DNA of 64,000 bases from Acidobacteriota bacterium (GCA_016195985.1 JACPYP010000013.1:12116-76115); one strand, 5' to 3'; counted from the stretch's first letter, positions 9,221 to 18,657 are shown. Notes: generated by a model from the sequence alone, not told the origin. Numbers and translations are program-made.

Positions 9221-10621
9221 TCAGCGCTTCCGGGCGCGGCTGAAACGGATCGGCGCCTTCTGCGGAGCCAGAAGGGTTTCAGGCGGTTTGGGCACAAAGC
9301 GGAGGAAGGTACGGTCCACCTTGGCGATCTCGTTGCGGAGGGCCTGGTACAGCTCGCCCAAGGGAAGGGGAAGGGCCTCAAGCAGCGCCTGCCTGTCCAG
9401 GGGCTCGGCGTTGTGCCACAGGGTAAGGGTTCCCCACATCACACCTTGCACCTCGCTCCATTGTTCCCGCAGACGCCGCTGCCACTTCGTGAGGCCGGGC
9501 TCGTCCGGTTCGCCCAGGATGCCCAGATCCACACCCAGAACGGAACCCGCCAGGAACAGGGTGTCCTGATGCCGCCAGAGTATGGCCAAGGCCTCCTCGG
9601 CGCTTTGGAATTCCAGAGTGGGCAGTGGCGGCAGCGGCTGCTCCGTGCCCCAGGCGTGAATGGCGGTGCAAAGGCGGGATAGTTCGCGAGCTTGGGCGGG
9701 GGTCCAGGGGGGCAGGTCCTCTATGCCGGATTCGAACAGGATGAAGGCGCATTCCCGGCCATCCCGCGCGGGAGACCAACACCAGCCCGGATCCAGCCTG
9801 CCTTTGAGCGCGCCATACCACTGCGACAGCGGAAGCAGGGTGGAGAGGGGCCGTTGGCACCGCCGGGCGTCCAGCATGCTCTGCAGATCCTGGGCCAGGG
9901 CCGCGGGCAACGCCGCCCCTCGCGGGCCCTCGGGCAAGGGGTAGGGCCTGGCGAGAAAGGGCCGGTAGTCAGGGATCTGCCATTTCAGTGGATCGGCGCC
10001 GGAAGCCTGAGCCGCCTGATCGAGGCGGGCATGGATTCCCTGAAGGATGTCTGCCAGTTCTTCCGTGTAGTCAAGCGCCGAGGCGCCATGGTTGGTGTAG
10101 GCCCTCAGCATCATCAGCTGGAACTGCGCCAGCAGATCCGCCCCCTCATGCACCAGCCGCCCGACCCGCGCGTCAGGGCCTGCCTCTGGATCGAGGATGC
10201 CTTCGGTTGTGAACCGCAGCACCCGCCAGGCCGCCAGATCCAAGTGGTGCCAGAGCTTGTCGAGCACAGGCCTCGAGAGGGTGGGGCGGGCCGGAAAGGC
10301 GGGCAGAGGCGGCAGGATGGCACGTTGCTCCAATACGATGAGCTGAAGCGCCGCCAACCCCATCTTGGCCTCGGCCTTGGGCCAAGGGGCGGGCGCCATG
10401 CGCCAGTCGCTGAACAGCGCATCCAGCCAGTCATCCTGGTCCATTTCGAGGTACGCGATTCCGGGTTGATCCGAATGGCGGGAGGGCATCGCGGCCAGCC
10501 CTGTGGAAACGGCCCAGGCCAGCGTGGAAGGCGGACGCGAGGCCTGTTTGTGATGCAGCATGCGGGAGGCTGCGTCGGCAGCGGCTGCTGAAAGCCTTGG
10601 GAGTGTTGAGCGCGGGGCCAT
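9221..10621 (-). CDS. Hypothetical protein inside the vWA operon
   Basis: 466-aa ORF filling the gap between the two vWA genes with 2-3 nt spacing; no motif recognised; start uncertain. Confidence 0.6.
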   Translation of the reverse strand: MAPRSTLPRLSAAAADAASRMLHHKQASRPPSTLAWAVSTGLAAMPSRHSDQPGIAYLEMDQDDWLDALFSDWRMAPAPWPKAEAKMGLAALQLIVLEQRAILPPLPAFPARPTLSRPVLDKLWHHLDLAAWRVLRFTTEGILDPEAGPDARVGRLVHEGADLLAQFQLMMLRAYTNHGASALDYTEELADILQGIHARLDQAAQASGADPLKWQIPDYRPFLARPYPLPEGPRGAALPAALAQDLQSMLDARRCQRPLSTLLPLSQWYGALKGRLDPGWCWSPARDGRECAFILFESGIEDLPPWTPAQARELSRLCTAIHAWGTEQPLPPLPTLEFQSAEEALAILWRHQDTLFLAGSVLGVDLGILGEPDEPGLTKWQRRLREQWSEVQGVMWGTLTLWHNAEPLDRQALLEALPLPLGELYQALRNEIAKVDRTFLRFVPKPPETLLAPQKAPIRFSRARKR

Positions 10622-10624
10622 GGC

Positions 10625-11581
10625 TTAGTGTCCTTCAATCCAATCCGGTCGCCGCCGGCCTCGCTTGAAGGCGAGATCCACCGCCAGGGGCAGGCCGAGA
10701 AGGGCCGCGGCCAGCAGGAACCAGCGGGCCAGGGGCCGGCCTTCGGTGGGCGGATCCACGGGAAGCAGGGTTTTCTCAAGCTGATCGACGGACGTGAGGC
10801 TGCGTTCGAGGCCCGCAGGATCCTCGGCGCCAAAGGATTCTCCCCCGGTGAGGTGGGCCACCTGCTGGAGGTTGACGTGGTCGACCTCCACCCGAAGCCG
10901 GGCGAAGCCCCCGCCATCCAGGGGCACCAGGCTTTCTCCGTTGGTGCCGATGGCCACGGTATGGATGCGGATGCCCTGGCGGCGCGCCTCCTCGGCGGCC
11001 TCCATGGCGGTCACCCGGCCCCGGTTCTCCACGCCATCGGTGAGGAGCAGGATGACGCGGCTGCGGGCGGGGCTTTCTTCAAGGCGCCGCACGGCGGTCA
11101 TCAGGGCCGATCCGATGGCCGTGCCGTCGTCACGGCTGTCGATGTCGAGCCGGGCCAGCATGCCCAGCAGGCGCTGGTGGTCGGCGGTGAGGGGACTGAG
11201 GGTCACCGGGTGGGCGCTGAAGAGGATGAGGGCGAAGCGGTCTTCCGGGCGCCGCAGGACGAACTGGGCCAGGGTGCGCCGGGCTGCGTGCCAGCGGTCC
11301 TCGTCGGGCCGGTCGAGGATCCGCATGCTGCTGCTGCCGTCCAGCACCACCGCGAAGTCCACGACGGGGGCGGCACCGCGCAGGGCGGTGCGCCATTCCG
11401 GCCCGGTGGCCGCCAGGCCGAGGATCATCGTCACCAGGATGGGCAGCCAGTGGGAGGTGAGCCGGCCCAGGCGGCCGGAGGGCCGGGAAGAGGGAATGCC
11501 CCAACGGTAGCTCACGCGCCAGGCCCATACGACCAGGGGCAGAGCCGCCAGGAGGAGCAGGGGATGGCGCAGGGCGATCAC
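10625..11581 (-). CDS. vWA-domain membrane protein (BatA-like)
   Basis: GTG start overlapping upstream stop; MIDAS DGSSS, SPLTAD, GTAIGSA, ILLLTDGVENRG, C-terminal TM. Confidence 0.9.
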   Translation of the reverse strand: MIALRHPLLLLAALPLVVWAWRVSYRWGIPSSRPSGRLGRLTSHWLPILVTMILGLAATGPEWRTALRGAAPVVDFAVVLDGSSSMRILDRPDEDRWHAARRTLAQFVLRRPEDRFALILFSAHPVTLSPLTADHQRLLGMLARLDIDSRDDGTAIGSALMTAVRRLEESPARSRVILLLTDGVENRGRVTAMEAAEEARRQGIRIHTVAIGTNGESLVPLDGGGFARLRVEVDHVNLQQVAHLTGGESFGAEDPAGLERSLTSVDQLEKTLLPVDPPTEGRPLARWFLLAAALLGLPLAVDLAFKRGRRRPDWIEGH

Positions 11582-12411
11582 CGCGGACTCCGTGCGTCGC
11601 CCCGCGCATCGAGCGCCGCCACCAGGTGCGCCGTGGGGGGGAAGGGGGGTTCGCTCCGGCCGAAACGGGCCGCATCGAGGCTTTTCACCCATTGATCCCA
11701 GGGGCTCAGATTGTGAGCCTCCAGTTCCGCGGGCCCCCAGGCCCGGGCGGCCTCGCCGAAGCGGACCGCGAGGAGGTCGCGCCCCTGGCCGTGGGCCGCG
11801 TCGAGGGAGGTCCGGTCCCGCTGGGCTGGAGGCCACTGGTGATGGAAGGCGTGGATGGCCCTGGCCAGGCGGCGTTTGGGGGAGCCTTTCCGCCAGCGGC
11901 GGATGAGCCAGCCCGCCAGGGCCAGCACCGGCACCAGCAGCAGGCTGGCCCAGGCCCAGGGGAAGGGGATGGCGGGCAGCAGGTCTTCATTGCCGCCCCC
12001 GAAGCCCACCCAGGGGCCTCCGTAGGGAATGCTGCGCGGCACCAGGATCCGCAGTTCCTGGCTGCGCTGGCCGTTGCCCAGATCCAGGGCGGGCACCACC
12101 GCAAGGCCTGGCTCCAGGGCCTGCACCTGGAAGCGCCAACCCCGGCCATCGGGCAGGGGCTCCAGGGCCCGCAGGCGCAGGGGGCCCAGGCGATCTTCCA
12201 CCAAGGGCCTGGGCGGAGCCGGCTTGGCCGGATCTTCTTCACGCAATTCGAGAACCTGCAGGTCGCCGAGCTTCAGCTGCGAAGGTGCTTTCCATGCAGG
12301 GGCGGCGGCCAGGACCACCGCCGAAGCGGCCAGGACCACCGCCGAGGCGGCCAGGACCGGGGCGCAGGCCCATCGCGAAGCAGCGCGCCGCCACCCACGG
12401 GCCATGTTCAT
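11578..12411 (-). CDS. Membrane-anchored hypothetical of the Bat-type operon (BatD-like position)
   Basis: ATGA overlap with DUF58 stop; signal-like N-terminus, central TM, LDAARFG tail. Confidence 0.65.
   Translation of the reverse strand: MNMARGWRRAASRWACAPVLAASAVVLAASAVVLAAAPAWKAPSQLKLGDLQVLELREEDPAKPAPPRPLVEDRLGPLRLRALEPLPDGRGWRFQVQALEPGLAVVPALDLGNGQRSQELRILVPRSIPYGGPWVGFGGGNEDLLPAIPFPWAWASLLLVPVLALAGWLIRRWRKGSPKRRLARAIHAFHHQWPPAQRDRTSLDAAHGQGRDLLAVRFGEAARAWGPAELEAHNLSPWDQWVKSLDAARFGRSEPPFPPTAHLVAALDARGDARSPR
12305..12358. repeat. In-frame 21-bp tandem repeat (about 2.6 copies)
   Basis: gcggccaggaccaccgccga(a/g) x2 + gcggccaggacc; encodes VLAASAV-VLAASAV-VLAA. Confidence 0.85.
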
Positions 12412-13172
12412 GCGCCACCCGCCCGGAGCCAGCCGTTGAGTTTCACCACGGGATCCTCCATGAGGCTCCAGTTCAGCCTTTCGATGGCCGAGGTGAAGCC
12501 GGGGTCCGGCCAGGCCACGCCGCGGCGCTTCTGGGCCTCCAGGGGCCGGAACCACACCAGCCGGTGCCGCGTGGCCAGGGGTTTCAGCAGGGGGGCCAGC
12601 CCCTGCAGGCCTGCGCCGTTGCTCAGCAGCCACAGGCGGTGTCCCTTGCCGTGCTCGCCCCAATGGCCCAGGGCCTCCCGCCAGGAAGCCTCGGTGGGAA
12701 TAGATGGCCCCCGCTCGGCCAGGGTTTCCAGAATGCGGAGGCCATGGATGCGTCCCCGTTTCGGGGCGATGCGCAGGGCGGGGGTGCGGCCGTCCCCGGG
12801 GACGATGAGGCCCAGGCGGTCTCCGGTGGCCTGAAGCGTGGCGGCGGCAGCCCCGCAGAGTTCCAGGGCCCAGCGCAGAGGAGACACCGGATCCCCCAGG
12901 AACATCGAGGGCGAAGGATCCACCACCAGCCAGAGCACCAGATCGCGGCTGCTTTCGAAGCGCTTCATGATGGGCTCGCCCGTGCGGGCGGTCAGAGGCC
13001 AGTTGATGAAGCGCGGATCATCGCCGGGAACGTAGGGCCGGTTCTCCACGAAGGTGAGCCCCGCGCCCTTGACCTTGGAAGGGTGCAGCCCTTCCGTGCC
13101 TCCGCCCAAGCGCCCCCGCAACCGCAACGGCAGGCGTCGCAGGCGGGCGAGGAAGCGGGCGGGCAGGGGCAT
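12408..13172 (-). CDS. DUF58 family protein
   Basis: GLTFVENRPYVPGDDPRFINWPLTAR, LVVDPSPSM, GDRLGL. Confidence 0.9.
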   Translation of the reverse strand: MPLPARFLARLRRLPLRLRGRLGGGTEGLHPSKVKGAGLTFVENRPYVPGDDPRFINWPLTARTGEPIMKRFESSRDLVLWLVVDPSPSMFLGDPVSPLRWALELCGAAAATLQATGDRLGLIVPGDGRTPALRIAPKRGRIHGLRILETLAERGPSIPTEASWREALGHWGEHGKGHRLWLLSNGAGLQGLAPLLKPLATRHRLVWFRPLEAQKRRGVAWPDPGFTSAIERLNWSLMEDPVVKLNGWLRAGGA

Positions 13173-13188
13173 GGCTTCTGAGTATGGA

Positions 13189-14925
13189 TCAATTCTGGTC
13201 TTCCAAACCCTCCAGCTCTCCATCCTGGGGGCCGCGGATCTGGGTGCTCAATCGGACTGAGGCCGTCTGGCCTTTTGGGATCTTCAAGGTCCAGGCGAGC
13301 ACTCCAGATGTCCGCTCCACCGCTCCTGGCGTGGTTTCTGGAAGCGCGGCGATTTTCACTGCATCCACTGTTGATTTGAGCATGCGGTCCTGGACCTCGA
13401 CCTCCAGGTTCTCGTTCGTGTCGTTGCTCAACTCAAGGGCCTCTTTGATCGTCCACTGGCGCTGCTTTGTGAAGGTGCCGATGGTTTCGAGTCTGTGGTC
13501 CAGCCTCCTGAAGCTGACGCGGAGGCCCTTCATGGGGCCAAAACTCAACTGGAAAGGTTGTCCTGCGGGCGGGACTTTCAGGGGGGCCTGGCCCAGGCGC
13601 TGTGTTCCCGCGAACTGCACCACGGGAGCCTCTGGAAAGAGAGGGAACCGTTCGGGAGGGGCGAACTGAGCCACCTGGTACGCCGTGGCGTCCAGCCGTG
13701 GCAGGGCGATGAGCTTCATGTGCGGTTGGAGTTCTTGGGTCAACATTTTGAAGCGATGGGGCTCACCGTCTGAGGGAATGTCTTTGGACCCCTCGAGGGA
13801 AAGCGTGGTGGCAAGGCCCGAGGCCTCTTCCAGGGTGGCGGCGGTGGCTTCCACGGCGGCCACGGGAGAAGGGGGTGGCGGTGGGGGTATCACGGCTTCG
13901 CGAGAATAGTCCGTTGCGGTGGCCGGGCCCGCGATGATCCCCCCGACCACGCCCCCCACCACTCCTCCGATGACCCCGCCTGGTACGCCGCCTGGAACCC
14001 CCCTGGGGACACCACCCAGGCTGTGATCCACCGTGGGCAGTGGCAATTGCCAGGAGATTTCCTGAGGGCCCTCAAAGCTGGGCGTGGAGAGGCTTCGGCC
14101 GGGTTTGGCATTGCTGATCTCCAGGCGCACGCCATCCCAGGATTCGCCGGTGGTCTGCACGACCGCGGCATACAGGGTGAATCCAAGGGAAGCGCGGTCT
14201 TCGGAAAGCCGGGCCTCGTAGATGGGCGTCCAACGGGCGCGCCGCTGGCGGTAGCTGACTTCCACCACCACTGGGCCGGCCCCTGGGCTGATCAGTTCCA
14301 CCGTGACGCGGCTAGGGGCGGTGCGTTGCTGGCCCTGCCTTTGCCGCAGTTCCCCGTTGAGCTGCGTTTCCTCAAGGGTCAGCTTCTCGAGATCCCGCTT
14401 GAGCCGCCGGTCTTGGAACATCAGGGCGGAAAGCCGTGTCTGGATGCTGCGAGCCAGCTCGACGATGGGCGCAGCATTGGGCAGGTTGTAGGTCATCCGC
14501 CCCGAGAGTTCCTTGTCCTGTGCGGCCATCAAACCCTTGAGGAAGGCTTGTTCCTGCCGGATGGATTCCAGTTGCGCCTCCAGGGTGTCGCGCCGGACTC
14601 GCATCGCTTCCCGGTCCGCTTCCAGCCGTTTCCATTCCGGTGTTTCCGTGACTTCGCGTGGTTCGGCGCGGACGGCCACATCTCCGAGGCTGGTGCCGGC
14701 GGGGCCTTTGGCGCTGACTTGGATATCCTCGAGGCGAAGGCCGGAGGGGAGATCCGACAACTGGAGGTAATGTGTCCCTGTGGCGGGAAGAGCGGCCTTC
14801 CCGATGCGGGTGATCCACGCCTCGTCGGGATGAAGGCGCACCCGCTGGATGGGTGCTTTCAACTGTATGGGCGCTTGGGCCGAGAGGACGGCCGTCAAGG
14901 GCAAGGTCAACAGGGCAACGCGCAT
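13189..14925 (-). CDS. DUF4140/DUF4139 (MuiA-like) secreted protein
   Basis: Signal peptide, coiled coil, WTPIYEARL, VVQTTGESW, DIPSDGEPH. Confidence 0.85.
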   Translation of the reverse strand: MRVALLTLPLTAVLSAQAPIQLKAPIQRVRLHPDEAWITRIGKAALPATGTHYLQLSDLPSGLRLEDIQVSAKGPAGTSLGDVAVRAEPREVTETPEWKRLEADREAMRVRRDTLEAQLESIRQEQAFLKGLMAAQDKELSGRMTYNLPNAAPIVELARSIQTRLSALMFQDRRLKRDLEKLTLEETQLNGELRQRQGQQRTAPSRVTVELISPGAGPVVVEVSYRQRRARWTPIYEARLSEDRASLGFTLYAAVVQTTGESWDGVRLEISNAKPGRSLSTPSFEGPQEISWQLPLPTVDHSLGGVPRGVPGGVPGGVIGGVVGGVVGGIIAGPATATDYSREAVIPPPPPPSPVAAVEATAATLEEASGLATTLSLEGSKDIPSDGEPHRFKMLTQELQPHMKLIALPRLDATAYQVAQFAPPERFPLFPEAPVVQFAGTQRLGQAPLKVPPAGQPFQLSFGPMKGLRVSFRRLDHRLETIGTFTKQRQWTIKEALELSNDTNENLEVEVQDRMLKSTVDAVKIAALPETTPGAVERTSGVLAWTLKIPKGQTASVRLSTQIRGPQDGELEGLEDQN

Positions 14926-14963
14926 GGAGGCTCCGCGGGGCAATTGCAGCCAACCTCCAGGAT

Positions 14964-16397
14964 CTACCACTTCACCCGGACCCGGTAGCTCAGGGTGGCG
15001 CTGCCTTCGGCGGGCACGGTGACTTTGAACCGGGCCGTTCCGGCCGCCTCCTTGGTGTGGGGGTGGGTGCTCTGCAGCATCTCCCAGTCGCCGGGCATGG
15101 GCTCCAGCAGGTTCACGGTGACAGGTTCCTTCTTGGCGTTTTTCAGCTCCACTTCAAAGGCGGATTCGTGGACATAGCCGTACTTGCCCTGGCGGCCCAG
15201 GCTCTTGTAGTCGGTCTGCTTGCGCTTGGCGGTGACATCAAAGGCTTCGCCCAGCTTGAGGCGCACCAGCTCGTTCTTGGGGGTGTGGTCCACGTTGTCT
15301 TCGCCCACGAACTGGGCCCGGCCCTCGCTGTCGCGCTTGTAGACGCGGATGATGCCCTTGGGCAGGGGCATGCCCAGGCGGCTGGATTCCTTGTTGTCGA
15401 ATTCCACGAAGACGCCCACCTTCTGCTTCTCTCCGAGGTCGCCGTAGCTTCCGGAGTAGTAGTAGCCCTGGCCCTGCAGGAGGTATTCCTTGCGCACGGG
15501 CACCGAGCCCGCGCTCAGGAGGGCCACCTGCTTGGTCTGGTTCACGGCCAGGGTGGTGGGCCGGTCCAGGGTGTAGAGGTGGTATTCGAAGAGGCTTTCC
15601 TCGGCCATTTTGGGAGCGGGCGCGGCCTTGGCCATGGCGCCCGCGGCCATGTAGGCCACGGTTTCCGTCCGCCGGTCCCGGGCCCGGTTCACATCACCGG
15701 CGACGAGCTGCAGCGTGGCGTTGGGATAGGCGGCGCCGCTCTGGTTGGTGAGGGTCACCCAGCCGCTGAGATCGAGGGCCTTTTCATCCGGAGACAGGTT
15801 GGCCACGTAGTCCGCCCGCCAGGAGAGCCCCCCCGTGAGGTAGCTCAGTTCCAGCTGCTGGGCTTTCTCCGCGCCGCTGTTGAGGCTGATGACCAGGGTG
15901 GGCCGGGCCCGCAGGTTGCCCGGAACCTTCGGGAATACCAGGCGCCCGGGGATGCTCGTTTCGATGCGGTCGGCGAACTGCAGCACCGTGCCGTTGTTGG
16001 TGGCCAGCACCGTGGCCTCCTCGCGGATTTCTCTGGAGCCTGCGCCCTCGGCATTGGGCACGCTGCGCACCACGGTCACCTTCTCGCCCACGTACTTCTC
16101 CAGCAGTTTCTGGGGGGTGAGCAGGTCGAAGTCGAAGTTCTGTTCGGCCACCCAGAAATCCTTGGGTGCCGTGAGACTGCGCAACAGAGCCGTCTCCGGC
16201 CGGATCTGGGCCGACACCTCCTGGAAGGCCAGCCGCGCCTCGCCCTTGGGCAGCCGCACCTCCCGGGTATCCTTCACCAGGGCCAGGTTGTCGTTGTAGA
16301 TGGTCACCGCCAGGCCCTTCTGATCCTTCAGCGTGGTGGCGGATTCCTGGGCGGCCAGAAGCGAAGGCAGAACGGCGAGAAGCAGGGTGGGGCGCAT
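14964..16397 (-). CDS. DUF4139 domain secreted protein
   Basis: VTIYNDNLALVKD, EQNFDFDLL, YLTGGLSWRADY, LFEYHLYTL, GMPLPKG; start reassigned to ATG 16397 (GGAGG RBS). Confidence 0.9.
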   Translation of the reverse strand: MRPTLLLAVLPSLLAAQESATTLKDQKGLAVTIYNDNLALVKDTREVRLPKGEARLAFQEVSAQIRPETALLRSLTAPKDFWVAEQNFDFDLLTPQKLLEKYVGEKVTVVRSVPNAEGAGSREIREEATVLATNNGTVLQFADRIETSIPGRLVFPKVPGNLRARPTLVISLNSGAEKAQQLELSYLTGGLSWRADYVANLSPDEKALDLSGWVTLTNQSGAAYPNATLQLVAGDVNRARDRRTETVAYMAAGAMAKAAPAPKMAEESLFEYHLYTLDRPTTLAVNQTKQVALLSAGSVPVRKEYLLQGQGYYYSGSYGDLGEKQKVGVFVEFDNKESSRLGMPLPKGIIRVYKRDSEGRAQFVGEDNVDHTPKNELVRLKLGEAFDVTAKRKQTDYKSLGRQGKYGYVHESAFEVELKNAKKEPVTVNLLEPMPGDWEMLQSTHPHTKEAAGTARFKVTVPAEGSATLSYRVRVKW

Positions 16398-16495
16398 GGA
16401 ACCTCCGATGGGGTGGCGGGCAGGGCACCTGCCCGATACCTGGTGATGCCGTGAGATGGGAAATCCTTTCATGGAAAAACAGAAATCCGTACATA

Positions 16496-16593
16496 AGCGG
16501 AGGTTGGCAGAGGGGCGGAGGAAAGCGGAGGAAAAACCACATCCTTTCTCTCCGTTTTCCTCCGCCTCTCCCTTTCCTCTGCTTTTCTGATTT
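16496..16593. repeat. Intergenic imperfect inverted repeat made of short GCRGAG units
   Basis: Purine arm gcggaggttggcagaggggcggaggaaagcggag vs pyrimidine arm ctccgttttcctccgcctctccctttcctctgc. Confidence 0.6.
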
Positions 16594-16617
16594 TTCGCTT
16601 GGTTTCCTGCGAAAGGG

Positions 16618-17043
16618 TCAGCTGAGCTTCCCTTCTCCCGCCAGTTCCTGAATCCTTGCCAGGGCGCTGTCCAGCTGGCCTTGCAGCAGTTTCTCGGCAC
16701 CCATCATCTGCATCATCATGGGGAGGTCGGCCTCGTCCACCAGGCGCAGGGTGCTGCCGCCGCCGGCGGCGGCGATCTCGAAGCGCAGCTCGTGATCGAA
16801 CATCTTCTTGGCGCCGGGCACCAGGCTCACCAGCTGGCCCGGGGTGCGGGTCTTGACGACGAGTTCCTGCGGCATCTTCATGCCCATGACTTCGACGGTA
16901 TAGCTGTGCTTGTCGGCGTCACCCTGGAAGTTCATGGCCGCGGGCTCGAGGAAGGCCCGGTGCTTGGACAGGTCCGAAAGGAAGGCGTACAGCGCGTCGG
17001 CGGAGACGGGCAGCGAGGCCGAGGCGGTCTTCAGGGTGGTCAT
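16618..17043 (-). CDS. SRPBCC/CoxG-like family protein
   Basis: ADALYAFLSDL N-terminus, beta strands, long C-terminal helix; GGAG RBS before ATG 17043. Confidence 0.7.
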   Translation of the reverse strand: MTTLKTASASLPVSADALYAFLSDLSKHRAFLEPAAMNFQGDADKHSYTVEVMGMKMPQELVVKTRTPGQLVSLVPGAKKMFDHELRFEIAAAGGGSTLRLVDEADLPMMMQMMGAEKLLQGQLDSALARIQELAGEGKLS

Positions 17044-17118
17044 GGCGACTCCGGGGTGAGGAGCCATCCAACCATGAAGCGGCGGCGGCGGCGAGGCCCT
17101 ACCCGCGGGCAAGGTGGC

Positions 17119-17793
17119 TCAGCGGCTGGTGGTGGCGCGATCACCGAAGAAGGCGGTGCCGATGCGGATCTGATCGGAGCCCGCGGCGATGGCCGCCTCC
17201 AGATCGCCGCTCATGCCCATGCTCAGGCGCAGAGGCTGGCCCAGGTCCTGTTGCAGGCCCTCGCGCAGGAGGTTCATCTGCGTGAAGGCGGCGGCATCTC
17301 CCGGCGGTGGAATGGCCATGAGCCCCCGGAGGGGCAGACGCGCATCGCCGCCCAGGGCGGCAAGCAGGGCGGGCAAGTCGGCCCCGGCGCAACCGCCCTG
17401 CTTGGTGGCTTCGTTCCAGAGATCCACCTGGATCCAGAGGGGGCGGACCACGTCGAGTTCTTCCGCCAGCCGGCGGAGGCGGTCCGCCAGATCGGGCCGG
17501 TCCAGGCTCTGGATTTCAGCAAAATGCTGAAGGGCTGGCTTGGCCTTGTTCCGCTGAAGGGGCCCCAGCAGCACGAACTGCAGGCCGGGCTCGGCCACGG
17601 CTTTGTCGGCGCCCTCCTGTACGTAGTTTTCGCCGAAGCGGATGAAGCCGGAACTGGCTGCCTCGCGAATGAGCGACAGGGGCTGTTTCTTGGACACTGG
17701 CAATAGCTCGACGCCAGCGGGATCCCGTCCGGAGGCTTCGCAGGCCTTCTGGATGCGGGTTCGCAGACCCCCGATGCGATCCAGGAGGCTCAC
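17119..17793 (-). CDS. yggS: PLP homeostasis protein (YggS family)
   Basis: LLPVSK, FGENYVQE, GLMAIP, LSMGMSGD, IRIGTAFFG. Confidence 0.95.
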   Translation of the reverse strand: MSLLDRIGGLRTRIQKACEASGRDPAGVELLPVSKKQPLSLIREAASSGFIRFGENYVQEGADKAVAEPGLQFVLLGPLQRNKAKPALQHFAEIQSLDRPDLADRLRRLAEELDVVRPLWIQVDLWNEATKQGGCAGADLPALLAALGGDARLPLRGLMAIPPPGDAAAFTQMNLLREGLQQDLGQPLRLSMGMSGDLEAAIAAGSDQIRIGTAFFGDRATTSR

Positions 17794-18488
17794 GGCAGAA
17801 AGAGGGTCCGCCCGCAGGACTCACAGGCGATGAGGGTCTTGTTTTCCTTCATCTGGAAGAGGACGGGGCCGCGGAGCCTCACGTTGCAGCCGGAGCAGGC
17901 GCCATTCTCCACGGCGGCCACCGCTTTACCCTGGCGGGCGTTGGCGAGGCGATGGAATCGGGCCACCTCTGAGGAACTGAGCTTGGCTTCCAGCACGGCC
18001 TGCTTGGCCTGGAGCTGTTTGCGCCCTTCCACCTGGTTGGCATGCTCATCCAGGAAGATGGCATGCAGTTCGTCGAATTGCGCCCGGGCGGCGGATAGGT
18101 CCCCTCCGAGGGTGGCTAGAGCCTGTTCCAGGGTCTGTACGGTGGTTTCCAGGGCTTTGAGAGGCTTGGAGACGGCGGCTTTCAGCCTTTCTTTTTCGTC
18201 CAGTTCCCGGATGGCGGCGGTGTATTGCACCTTTTGACTGGTGGATTTCACTGCGGCTCGCGCCCGCTCCTCCTCTTTTTGAGCCAGGACCAATTCCTTG
18301 GACTTGACCTGAATCTGAGCTTGGGCGGTCGCCAGGGCCTTGGTCTTTTCTGCCACCTGCTTCTCGATGGACTTGACCTTGGCATCCAAGGCGGCGAGGT
18401 CCGGAGGGAGGTTCGACAGTTCCCGCTGGATGGTGGCCAGGTAATCCAAGGTGGCCTGCAAATCACGGAGGGTCGTCAGAAGTTCCAT
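17790..18488 (-). CDS. Coiled-coil + C4 zinc-ribbon protein (zf-RING_7/CT398-like)
   Basis: Long coiled coil then CSGC...CESCGRTLF. Confidence 0.88.
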   Translation of the reverse strand: MELLTTLRDLQATLDYLATIQRELSNLPPDLAALDAKVKSIEKQVAEKTKALATAQAQIQVKSKELVLAQKEEERARAAVKSTSQKVQYTAAIRELDEKERLKAAVSKPLKALETTVQTLEQALATLGGDLSAARAQFDELHAIFLDEHANQVEGRKQLQAKQAVLEAKLSSSEVARFHRLANARQGKAVAAVENGACSGCNVRLRGPVLFQMKENKTLIACESCGRTLFLP

Positions 18489-18630
18489 GATTCGAGGCTA
18501 CACCTCAATTGAGAAAGGGACCCTGCTTTCAGATACATGCTATCTGCGAAGAAAACCTTCCGTTCGTAACGAAGGTTTCACCTTCAAGGGGCAAAATCGC
18601 CTTGACGCGGGCCTTGCTTGGGTGCGAAGC

Positions 18631-18657
18631 TTGGCACTCGCTGTTGATGAGTGCTAA
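18631..18657 (+). promoter_or_regulatory. CIRCE element (HrcA operator) upstream of groES
   Basis: TTGGCACTC-N9-GAGTGCTAA, one mismatch to TTAGCACTC-N9-GAGTGCTAA; TTGACG -35 at 18602. Confidence 0.93.
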
